64,000 nucleotides of DNA. Source: Eledone cirrhosa (lineage: Eukaryota). The position numbers were made by a program, and so were the translations under genes. The notes beneath the pieces were generated by a model that had not been told where the DNA came from, did not search any database, and saw nothing but the letters and a program-made list of their open reading frames with translations. The DNA lies in the NCBI GenBank assembly GCA_964016885.1, contig OZ024742.1, positions 137,578,001 to 137,642,000 of the forward strand. Reading direction: 5' to 3'. Positions 40,220 to 51,830 of the stretch are shown in pieces (the first letter of the stretch is position 1; each line of letters opens with the position of its first letter).

Positions 40220-40293
40220 GGCTGCAGGTAGTGGCTTGATATTAATTCCAACGGACTTTCCAGTTAACCAACATCAATGACTGAGATTCAAGG
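37966..40293 (+). mobile_element. R4/Dong-like non-LTR retrotransposon D1, 5'-truncated
   Basis: Contains RT, a CCHC motif and a restriction-like endonuclease, then a short 3' UTR ending in (AAT)n. Confidence 0.88.
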
Positions 40294-40334
40294 AATAACA
40301 ACAATAATAATAATAATAATAATAATACTAAATA

Positions 40335-41107
40335 GAACTGGTTGAAAAGAGGAGATCTTAAAAAGGCTACAGAAGGAATGTTAATAGCTGCGCAAGAGCA
40401 GGCCCTTAAAACGAAGTGGTTGAAACACCATATTTACAAGGAGAAGGCTGGCCCACTGTGCAGGATCTGTGGAGAGAGAGAGGAGACTGTGGCTCACATT
40501 GTATCCGAGTGCAAACACCTAGCCCAGACTCACTATAAGGGCTGGAGACATGATGTGATGGGCAGGGTGATCCACTGGCACCTATGCAAAGTAAACAATT
40601 TACCACATTCTGAGAAGTGGTATGAGCATAAGCCAGAGTCGGTGATAGAAAACGATCAGGTGAATATGCAGTGGGATTTTAGGATACAGACGGACAAGAA
40701 ACTGGAACACAATAGACCTGACCAGGTGGTTTTGGACAAAGAAAAAAATCGTGCCTGATTGTGGATGTGGCCTGCCCATTCGACACGAGAGTGCAAGAGA
40801 AGGAGAGGGAGAAAATTAACCGATACCAGGACTTAAAGTGGGAGGTAAAAAGGATTTGGAAGTGCCATGAAGTCGAAGTGGTCCCGATTGTCATAGACGC
40901 ACTAGGTACTATCTCAAAAAATTTCCAGGGTTGGTTAAAGAAATTTGGCCCTTTCACGCTTTTTGGAACGCTTCAAAAGGCATGATTGCTGGGAACAGCA
41001 AGAACCCTCCGATACGCCCTGAATATCTGAGGCTGCAGGTAGTGGCTTGATATTCATTTCAACAAACTTTCCAGTTAACTAACATCAATGACTGAGACTC
41101 AAAGAAC
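40335..41107 (+). mobile_element. R4/Dong-like copy D2 (3' 0.8 kb, frameshifted)
   Basis: Homologous to the D1 3' end; (AAT)n on both sides. Confidence 0.9.
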
Positions 41108-41143
41108 AATAATAATATTAATAATAACAATAATAATAATAAT

Positions 41144-42247
41144 TGAACAAAAAGAAATGGATAGGAAGACTAGGAAGCTATTGACTATCTACAACATGTT
41201 CCACAAGAGGAGTAATGTCGATAGACTCTACTTAAGGAGATCTGAAAGTGGAAGAGGTCTTATCAGCATAGAGGACTGTGTTCAGATGGAGAAAAACAAC
41301 CTACACAAATACGTGACTGATAGTAAGGAGCCAATGCTCAGAATTGTACTGAAGGAGAGGACAATAGACCAGGGGATGTCCAAGGAGGAAATATCAACGA
41401 GGAGAAAGAGCAGCCTTCATGAAAAATCCCTTCATAGTACCTTCTTTGAGAAAACTGAATTAAGAGATCCACAGACATGGAACTGGTTGAAAAGAAGAGT
41501 CCTTAAAAAGGCTACTGAAGGAATGCTAATGGCTGCGCAAGAGCAGGCCCTCAAAACGAAGTGGTTGAAATACCATATTTATAAGAAGGAGGCTAGCCCA
41601 CTCTGCAGGATCTGTAGAGAGAGGAGAGTGTGGCTCACATTGTATCCGTGTGTAAACACCTAGCCCAGACACATTATAAGGGCTGGCGCCATGATGTGAT
41701 GGGCAGGGTGATCCACTGGCACCTATGCGAAGTGAACAATTTACCACATTCTGAGAAGTGGTATGAGCATAAGCCAGAGTCGGTGATAGAAAACGTCACG
41801 TGAAGGTGCTGTGGGATTTTAGGATACAGACGGACAAGAAACTGGAACACAATAGACTTGACCTGGTGGTTTTGGACAAGGAAAAAAGATTGTGCCTGAT
41901 GTTGATGTGGCCTGCCCGTTCGACACGAGAGTGCAAGAGAAGGAGAGGGAGAAAATTAACCGATACCAGGACTTAAAGTGGGAGGTAGAAAGGATTTGGA
42001 ACTGCCATGAAGTCAAAGTGGTCCCTATTGTCATAGGCGCACTAGGTACTATCTCAAAAGGTTTCCAGGGATGGTTAAAGAAAATTGGCCCCGCCACGCT
42101 TTTTGGAACGCTTCAAAAGGCATGCTTGCTGGGAACAACAAGCACCCTCCGATAAGTCCTGAATATCTGAGGCCGCAGGTAGTGGCTTGATATTCATTTC
42201 AACAAACTTTCCAGTTAACTAACATCAATGACAGAGACTCAAAGAAC
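41144..42247 (+). mobile_element. R4/Dong-like copy D3 (3' 1.1 kb, frameshifted)
   Basis: Homologous to the D1 3' end; (AAT)n on both sides. Confidence 0.9.
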
Positions 42248-42523
42248 AATAATAATAATAATAATAATGATAATAATAATGTTTTCTTTATTAACCACAA
42301 GGGTTCACATAAAGTAGACATTAAGAACAGTACAGGACAATACAGGACGGTACAAATGGGCATTTCTGCGTGTAAAAAAACAGAGGTTGAAATAAAATAA
42401 CAAAGAAAAATTCCCCAATAGGGGGGAGACTTCCAAGGGACATTTGTGGAGAAAGCCCATTAAAAGACCACAGTGGCCCTGACCACCAGGGCAAGTGCCC
42501 TCTCCCAGTTTTCCACCTTTAAT

Positions 42524-45500
42524 TTACAGACACATACTCAGAGAAGGCCCATTCATTCGGGCCATACTTGCTTCTCTCACCCATCTTTCAACAAAATGCT
42601 GGGAAGAGAGCACTTCCCTCTCTACCCTGATTTTCCTTTTCAAATGAAATTTGAAAAAGTTAATCAGGGCATCACCGAAGAGGTAAGTGCTCGTCTTCAG
42701 CCCTTTCAAACGTGTCCACCATACTATCTCTTTCGCCATGGCCACCAGACAGATAAAAACTGCCTGCCCTTCCAGGCTAAAGGAAGGGGGCGGGGCAATC
42801 CTCACGATGGACTCAGCTGATAGCTGGATAGGTCCTACACGTGACAGCAGGTGTTCGACATAAACCCACAAGTCAGCAAGGCTCGGACACTGGACGAGTG
42901 CGTGCAGGACGGTTTCGTCGCCCTGCGCTCATCTCGGACATGCCCGGCTGACGGCACCTCCATGCCTGTAGAGTTTATCCCGAACTGGCAAAGCTCCTCG
43001 GTAGCACTGCCAGGGATTTCTGGAAGTTGTCCATAGGCCCCGGCCCGAAAGTCCTTCCGAAGAGATTGGCTAGTTGATTTTCGTCGACGCCTAGAGTTTC
43101 TCCAAGTACGTCGTCGCTCTTCCCCTCCACTAATCCCCTATAGAACGCCAAGGTGGAGTTTCCACCGATCACATTGCCCGATTGGTCGAGGGCTGTGAGC
43201 GCCTGAAGACATTCCAGTCTCCAAGCGCTCCCTCTCGGTCTTCGCTTGACCCAGGACTGCAGCTCCGTCAAGGAGACGAGCTGGGGAAAAACGTGTCTTG
43301 CAAACGGCGACCACACCTGATCACCGTCGAGGAAGAGGTGGAGATGTCGTAGCCTGAGCGCGTGTCTGCGCATCATCAGCCACGGCATGCCCAGCCCTCC
43401 ACGTAGCGGGTGTTGACAGCAGATGGACCGCCTGACCATCGGAGCGCGTCCCTTCCACAAGAAGCGAAAGAGCAAACGCTCCAGCGCAGTCAGGCGGGGC
43501 TTAGGACAAGGTACGACGGTCAGGCGGTAGTAGATGACGGATGCGATGTACGCATTCGCCACCTCCGCTCGACCTTTCAGGGATAGCTTCCTCTCGGCCC
43601 ATTTCTGGGTGAGAGAAGCCACCCTGCTCGTCACCTCGTCCCAGTTTTTGTCCGTCTGGAGGTCTGGACCGAACCAGACCCCTAGCAATTTAACCGGTCC
43701 GTCCGTCCAGCGCCCGACGACGCTGTTGGACGGCATGGACCTGCCTCTCCAGGTGCCGAGCTGCAGGCCCACTGACTTTTCCTGGTTGATCATTGCTACT
43801 GTCACCGCTTCGTATTCTCTTAGTGTAGTGCCGATCGCCTCGATGTGTTTGGCGTTCGACACCACTACGGTGACATCGTCGGCATATGCTGACACGGATC
43901 TTCCGCATCCTAGTTCGCGCGGGACCCCCCCCCCCTCAACGTCTCCAGTTTGTGCAGTAATGGCTCGAGAGTCAATACGTACAATAGGGACGAGAGGGGA
44001 CATCCTTGGCGGAACGAGCGCATGATGTTGAACGGTTCCGAAAGGTAACCGTTCACTCTCACTACAGAGCAGATGTCGCTGTGCATGGCAGCGATCCAGC
44101 CTCTGAAGACGGGCCCAAAGCCAACCGCCCTCAGGACTGCCGTTAGGTAACGATGGTCGACCCTATCGAAGGCTTTCGACAGATCTAAATTGATCAAAGA
44201 CCCACCCGTGCCAGGTTCCCTAGCTACCCTCTCTACGATGTATCGCATGAGGTGGAGGTTGTCGTGGATGGATCTGTCGGGAATGGCGCATGTCTGTGCC
44301 TCTCCCACCAGACCACCAACGACAAGCGCCAACCTCTTTGCTAGCACCTTGGCCAAAATCTTGAACTCTGTGTTTAGCAGAGTTATGGGCCTAAAATTAT
44401 CTATGTTATCCCCCTTGTTCGGATCCTTTCTCAGCAGCGCCACCGCTCCTCGGCTCACAGAGCTGGGAATTCTCCCGTTCTGTTGCCAGTTGCAGTAGAC
44501 GTCCGCCAAGAGGCCTCCGAACAAGTTTGGCATTTGTACGTAAAGTTCATAGGGCAGACCATCCAAACCAGGCGATTTACCCCTTATGCAACTAGTCATT
44601 GCATCCCGTACTTCAGCGGTTGTTATCGGCTTTTCGCAACACTCCGCCTCAGTGGCCGAAAGCCGCGGCAGTCCGTCGAGGTAGACACTAAAGTCCATCC
44701 CTCGATCCGGCCCGCCACTGCCCCCGAACAGTTGAGCGAAGTGTCGCTGAAAAGCTTCACACATTTGCCCGGGATCGAGTAGCATGCGCCCGTCGTGGTC
44801 CACCAAAGACCGGATCGTGGCTTTGTTGCCACGACGCGCCTCCGCCACTTGGGCCCATTGAACGGCTTTCGTCCCCTGGTGTCTGAGAGCACGCACCCTA
44901 GCTCTGACAACGCAGCCTTCGTGCTTTGCATTGAAGAATTGGTCAAGGGCCAATTTCGCCGCAAGTACGTCGGTCGCGATGCCTTTGCTAAGCGCCTCAT
45001 CTAATTTTCTAACTAATTCTCCCTCTGCTCTATTTTTCTCTATTGCTAAAGTCTTACTAAACCTAATGGACTCTATTCTAATTGCTCTTTTCAGAGCAAA
45101 CCACCACTTGTTGTTGACGATGGCCCCCGTCAACGCCCGCTTAACTAGTTCGCTAATCCGGTCTCTGTAGGCCTTGCGCGCTGGTAAGGACGCGTTTAGC
45201 TTCCAGTAGCCGGGTCCTCGTCTATGAAGCCTATCTAAGTCAAGCACACAGATCACGAATTTGTGGTCCGTGTAGCTGACTATCTTGAATTGTGGACAGC
45301 CTATGCTAGACCTATCTATTTCCCTACAAAATACTCTATCTAGATATGATCTGGATGACCCTATGCGATTTGTCCAAGTCCACATTGGTACATTCGGGAA
45401 ATCCATTCCGTACCTGTCAGACAGTTCAAAACGTCTGAGCAGGTTGGTGAGACTCTTGCACCCTCCTTCCCTATCCACTAATCCCACACAATCCCAGCGT

Positions 45501-45944
45501 GCATCTAAGATCCCGTTCCAGTCGCCCACTAACACTAAAGTGCGGGACGTTCCAAGAAAGGTCTCCAGACGCCGGAAGAAATCAGGCCGCCCTGCTCCTG
45601 TCGGGGCATAGACGGCCACTAACCTGGAAGCTTGCCCGTCTCCGCTGGTCACGTCCAGCACCACCAACTTACCTTCTGGGTCCAGGAAGATGGCCCGTAT
45701 GGCAAGATCCAAACCTCTCCGAAAAAGCACAGCAACTCCTCCCCCCCGATCCCGGACGGCTGGGAGATGCGTACACATCGTAGCCGCCGAAGATCGGTGC
45801 GAAAGCCTGTGCTTCGGAGATTCTGGTCTCGCTGATGGCCACTACATCTATGTTTAGTGACCTGAGGTCGTTGAGCAGGTGGCCCTGCTTCCATGACGAC
45901 CCCAAGCCACGCGCATTTATGCTGCCTATTCTGAGTGAGGTCAT
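42524..45944 (-). pseudogene. Tx1 ORF2 (APE + RT + C-terminal Cys/His motif), frameshifted
   Basis: GDWN, TDH, SPGLDG, FRPITLLN, KAFDRV, QGCPLS and YADD motifs. Shifts near 45745, 43930 and 43010. Confidence 0.9.
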
Positions 45945-45978
45945 GTTGAAAAGGAGTGGAAAAGATGGGAAAGACCAC

Positions 45979-47944
45979 TTACCTTACTTCTCGTAGGGGA
46001 AGTACGGTTTTTCCATCCTTTTCACTGCTTGTGGCCTCCTCAGGAAGGATGTCCTTATAAATCCTCCTGGAGAGTTCTTGTCGGAAGTCTCCGATGTCTT
46101 TTGGGAATTTTTGTTTTAGTGTCATGTACGTTTTCTGTGTGATGCGAGTGATTTGTATGTGTGGAGGTGGTGTGAATTTTGGGGTTGTTGTGTAGTCTTT
46201 TTCTGTGATGCTGGTGTTGTGTTGGATGTAGTGTAATAATTGCTTGTTGTTCAAATTTAATGCTGTGTAGTGTGTTTCGTTTTGGTTGTTTTGTTTTGTT
46301 TGCGTTTGTTGTGGGTTTGTTTCTGTTTCGCATTTTGGTGACTTTTGTGGTGTAGGTGATGGTGGTGTTGGAGTTAATGATGGTGATGGTGTTGGTGTTT
46401 GGGTTGATGGGGTTGGTGATGCTGGTGTGGATGGTGGCATATCTGTCCTAACTTTTTTGTTTCTTAGTTTATTTGTTTCCCTCTGTGTTTTGTTTTTGGA
46501 GGGAGAAGGAAGAGAATTTTTTCTTTTTTGGTTTCTTTTTTTTTTTCCGGATATCGTTTCCCACTCCTCGTCGTCACAATCTGTCTCCAGTTGTGATAGG
46601 CCGGGGAGTGGAAAATCCTCCACAGCCGTTAGTTTTGGTTGTGGTGTGGTGGATGGTGTAGGCGCTGGTGCTAGTTCTGAAGCGTTGGGTGGTGGTGGTG
46701 TTGATTTTGCTGGTGGTGGTAGTGGTGTTGGTTTTGCTACTGTTGCTGGGGTTGTTGCTGTTATAGTTGCTTCTGTTGTTGCTGCTACAGTTGTTGCTGG
46801 CATCTCTGCTACTGGTGGTGTTGATGGTTGTGTCACTGGGGTGGGTAGGAGAGGTGGCCTCAACCTTTTAGCCTGAGGGCAGAAAGCCCTTAGGTGGGTT
46901 CCTTCACCACAAACGACACACCTAGGTCTTCTGCCCTCGACAATTACCGTGAGGTGGCTGCCGTCAGTGAGGTCTATTACCTCTGGGATCTCCTCAATGC
47001 TTTTTTGGTCCGCTTGGATCAGGAGCTCCATCCCAGATCCGGACCAGTTTTCCTGCTTTTCTTTTGCTATTGTTATTATTTTCGTGTTGGCCTCGATGCC
47101 GGCGAGGACAGCCGCTATTAGCCAGGGAATTTCGATGGCCGGTGGAACGTGGGTTACCCTGATCTTTACGAGTCTCTGGCCACAATAGCTTGGGACGAGT
47201 GTGAAGTCGTCACTTTTTAATGGGGCCATGGAGTGTTCTCTAGCCTCCTCTGTTGTTTCAAAGAACACATCCACGGTTCCATACTTTTGCCCACGTCTGA
47301 TGTGGGTTTTTCTTGCCCACACATGTCCCAAAGCTTTTTGGATTTGGGACTCGGATGCCCGTTCCACTCGGCGCGATTTTACATTTATTGTTCTATACGA
47401 CACGGTGCATAGGCGCCGATGCTCCATTTTATTAGGTGGGGGGAAGGGGGGTGAGGCTGACCCTCTACCCATCTTTCTTTACCATTTGTTTGGCATTTTA
47501 TAAATCTTCTTGAGTTACGGTAAATGCTTCGAATTGTTTTGCTAATCTGGCGAAACTGAGGGGGGGGGGGGTTTATAATGTCATTGTTGTTGTTGTTGCT
47601 ATCGTTAATATTAATTTTAGTTTCAGTTGTGGTGGTGACGTCAGTCGTCTTTGGTGGGGAAGAGTCCATTTTGCTTGATTTCATTTCGACATCACGAGTT
47701 AATTTATTTTTTTCTTCTTTTGTTTCTGTTGTCGCGGTGGTGGTGGTGGTGGAGGCTTTAACACCTGCAGTCATTGGTAATGGCGGGAAATGAATGTCTG
47801 CCTGAGACAAATTTAAAATATTGCTACTGCTTATATTTTTTTTTGTGTTGGCAAACGTAGTAACATTTACAATGGTGGTGTCGGTGTGAGGTGTTATTTT
47901 GTGAGGAGTCTTTCAGCTGCTTCGTGCAGAGGTGAAGTAGCCAT
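45979..47944 (-). pseudogene. Tx1 ORF1, frameshifted in G/C runs
   Basis: Near-identical to 1167-3122; indels at about 47440-47570. Confidence 0.9.
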
Positions 47945-48431
47945 TTTTTTTTAAAGAAATTTTTTGATAATAATAAAAGTTAAAATTTTGGGCACAAGGC
48001 CCCAATCTTTTTAGGTGTCCTTTTCGGAAAACAATGTATGTGTGCTTATAAACAGTTAACAATAAAATTTTCCATAAATGGCAATTTTTAGACAAACGGA
48101 AATAACAAACCTTTGCGGAGCTCACGATAATACGATTTCCTACGTAGGTCGCCAATAATAATAATAATAATAATAATAATGATTTCTTTATTAACCACAA
48201 GGGTTTACATAAAGTAGACATTAAGGACAGTGCAGGACAATACAGGACGGTAGTAATGGGCACTTCTGCGTGTAAAAAAAAAAAACAGAGGATGTAACAA
48301 AAAAATAACAATGAAAAATTCCCCAATAGGGGGGTGACTTCCGAGGAACATTTGTGGAGAAAGCCCAGTAAAAGGCCAAAGTGACCCTGACCACCAAGGC
48401 AAGTGCCCTCTCCCAGTTTTCCAGCTTTAGT

Positions 48432-51400
48432 TTATATATACGTACTCAGAGTAGGCCCATTCACTCGGGCCATTCTTGCTTCTCTCACCCATCTTTCAAC
48501 AAAATGCTGGGAAGAGAACACTTCCCTCTCTACTCTGATTTTCCTTTTCAAATGAAATTTGAAAAAGTCAATCAGGGCATCACCGAAGAGGTACGTGCTC
48601 GTCTTCAGCCCTTTCAAACGAGTCCACCATACTATCTCTTTCGCCATGGCCACCAGACAGATAAAAACTCCCTGCCCTTCCCTGCTAAAGGAAGAGGGCG
48701 GGGCAATCCTCACGATGGACTCAGATGATAGCCGGATCCGTCCTACACGCGACAGCAGGTGTTCGACATAAACCCACAAGTCAGCAATTTTCGGACACTG
48801 GACGAGTGAGTGCAGGACGGTTTCGTTTCCCTGCGCGCATCTCGGACATGCCCGGCTGACGGCACCTCCATGCCTGTAGAGTTTATCCCGAACTGGCAAG
48901 GCTCCTCGGTAGCACTGCCAGGCCAGAGATTTCTGGAAGTTGTCCATAGGTCCCGGCCCGAAAGTTCTTCCGAAGAGATTGGCTAGTTGATTTTCGTCGA
49001 CGCCTAGAGTTTTCCCCAAGGACGCGTCGCTCTTCCCCTCCAATAATCCTCTATACAACGCCGAGGTGGAGTTTCCACCGATCACATTGCCCGATTGGTC
49101 GAGGGCTGAGAGCGCCTGAAGACATTCCAGTCTCCAGGCGCTCCCTCTCGGTCTTCGCTTGACCCAGGACTGCAGCTCCGTCAAGGAAACGAGCTGGGGA
49201 AATACGTGTCTAGCAAACGGTAACCACACCTGATCACCGTCGAGGAAGAGGTGGAGATGTCGTAGCCTGAGCGCGTGTCTGCGCATCATCAGCCACGGCA
49301 TTCCCAGCCCTCCACGTAGCGCGTTTTGACAGCAGATGGACAGCCTGACCATCGGAGCGCGTCCCTTCCACAAAAAGCGAAAGAGCAAACGCTCCAGCCC
49401 AGTCAGGCGGGGCTTAGGACAAGGTACGACGGTCAGGCGGTAGCAGATGACAGACGCGATGTACCCGTTAGCCACCTCCGCTCGACGTTTCAGGGATAGC
49501 TTCCTCTCCGCCCATTTTTGGGTGAGAGAAGCCACCCTGCTCGTCACCTCGTCCCAGTTTTTGTCCGTCTGGAGGTCCGGACCGAACCAGACCCCTAGCA
49601 ATTTAACCGGTCCGTCCGTCCAGCGTCTGACGACGCTGTTGGACGGCATGGACCTGCCTCTCCAGGTGCCGAGCTGCAGGCCCACTGACTTTTCCTGGTT
49701 GATCATTGCTCCTGTCACCGCTTCGTATTCTCTTAGTGTATTGCCGATCGTCTCGATTTGTTTGGCGTTCGACACCACTACGGTGACATCGTCGGCATAT
49801 GCTGACACGGATCTTCCGCATCCTAGTTCGCGCGGGACGCCCCTCAACGTCTCCAATTTGTGCAGTAATGGCTCGAGAGTCAATACGTACAAGAGGGACG
49901 AGAGGTGACATCCTTGGCGGACTGAGCACATGATGTTGAACGGTTCCGACAGGTGACCGTTCACTCTCACCACAGAGCAGATGTCGCTGTGCATGGCAGC
50001 GATCCAGCCTCTGAAGACGGGCCCAAAGCCGGCCGCCCTCAGGACTGCCGCTAGGTAACGATGGTCGACCCATCGAGCGCTTTCGACTGATCTAAATTGA
50101 TCAAGGACCCACCCGTGCCAGGTTCCCTAGCTACCCTCTCTACGATGTATCGCATGAGGTGGAGGTTGTCGTGGATGGATCTGTCGGGAATGGCGCATGT
50201 CTGCGCCTCTCTCACCAGACCACAAACGACAAGCGCCAACCTCTTTGCTAGCACCTTCGCCAAAATCTTGAACTCTGTGTTTAGCAGAGTTATGGGCCTG
50301 AAATTATCTATGTTATCCCCCTTGTTCGGATCCTTTCTCAGCAGTTCCACCGCTCCTCGGCTCACAGAGCTGGGAATTCTCCCGTTCTGTTGCCAGTTGC
50401 AGTAGACGTCCGCCAAGAGGCCTCCGAACAAGTCTGGCATCTGTAAGTAAAGTTCATAGGGCAGACCATCCAAACCAGGCGATTTACCCCTTGTGCAGCC
50501 AGTCATTGCCTCCCGTACTTCAGCCGCTGTTATCGGATTTTCGCAACAATCCGCCTCAGTGGCCGAGGTAGACACTAAAGTCCATCCCTCGATCCGGCCC
50601 ACTGCTGCCCCCGAACAGCTGAGCGAAGTGTCGCTGAAAAGCTTCACACATTTGCCCGGGATCGAGTAGCATGCGCCCGTCGTGGTCCACCAAAGATTGC
50701 ATCGTGGCTTTGTTGCCACGACGCTCCTCCGCCACTCGGGCCCATTGAACTGCTTTCGTTCCCTCGTGTCTGAGAGCACGCACCCTAGTTCTGACAACCA
50801 GCCTTCGTGCTTTTCATTGAAGAATTGGTCAAGGGCCAATTTCGCCGCAAGCACGTCGGTCGCGTCCCTTTGCTAAGCGCCTCCTCTAATTTTCTAACTA
50901 GTTTTCCCTCTGCTCTATTTTTCTCTATTGCTAAAGCCTTACTAAACCTAATGGATTCTATTCTAATCGCACTTTTCAGAGCAAACCACCACTTGTTGTT
51001 GACGATGGCCCCCGTAAACGACCGCTTAACTAATTCGCTAATCCGCTCTCTGTAGGCCTTGCGCGCTGGTAAGGACGCGTTTAGCTTCCAGTAGCCGGGT
51101 CCTCGTCTATGAAGCCTATCTAAGTGAAGCACACAGATCACGAATTTGTGGTCCGTGTAGCTGACTATCTTGAATTGTGGACAGCCTATGCTAGAACCTA
51201 TCTATTTCCCTACAAAATACTCTATCTAGATATGATCTGGTTGACCCTATGCGATTTGTCCAAGTCCACATTGGCACATTCGGGAAATCCAATCGGTACC
51301 TGTCAGACAGTTCAAAACGTCTGAGCAGGTTGGTGAGACTCTTGCACCCTCCTTCCCTATCCACTAATCCCACACAATCCCAGCGTGCATCTAAGATCCC

Positions 51401-51828
51401 GTTCCAGTCGCCCACTAACACTAAAGAGCGGGCCGTTCCAAGAAAGGTCTCCAGACGCCGGAAGAAATCAGGCCGACCTGCTCCTGTCGTGGCATAGACG
51501 GCCACTAGCCTGAAAGCTTACCCGTCTCCGCTGGTCACGTGCAGCACCACCAACTTACCCTCTGGGTCCAAGAAGATGGCCCGTATGGTGAGATCCAAAC
51601 CTCTCCGAAAAAGCACAGCAACTCCTCCCCCGATCCAGGACAGCTGGGAGATGCGTACACATCGTAGCCGCCGAAGATCAGTGCGAAGGCCCGTGCTTCG
51701 GAGATTCTGGTCTCGCTGATGGCCACTACATCTATGTTTAGTGACCTGAGGTCGTTGAGCAGGTGACCCTGCTTCCATGACGACCCCAAGCCACGCGCAT
51801 TTATGCTGCCTATTCTGAGTGAGGTCAT
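48432..51828 (-). pseudogene. Tx1 ORF2, multiple frameshifts
   Basis: MTSLRIGSINARGL start, RT YADD, and CPRC..ETVLH..VQC. Confidence 0.9.
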
Positions 51829-51830
51829 GT

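Larger units (their letters stand above)
42281..48153 (-). mobile_element. Full-length Tx1-type element T-C (~5.9 kb)
   Basis: Same 5' end as T-A (GGCGACCTACGTAGG), ORF1, ORF2 (APE-RT-Cys/His), and a 3' UTR with AATAAA; (AAT)n on both sides. Confidence 0.93.
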
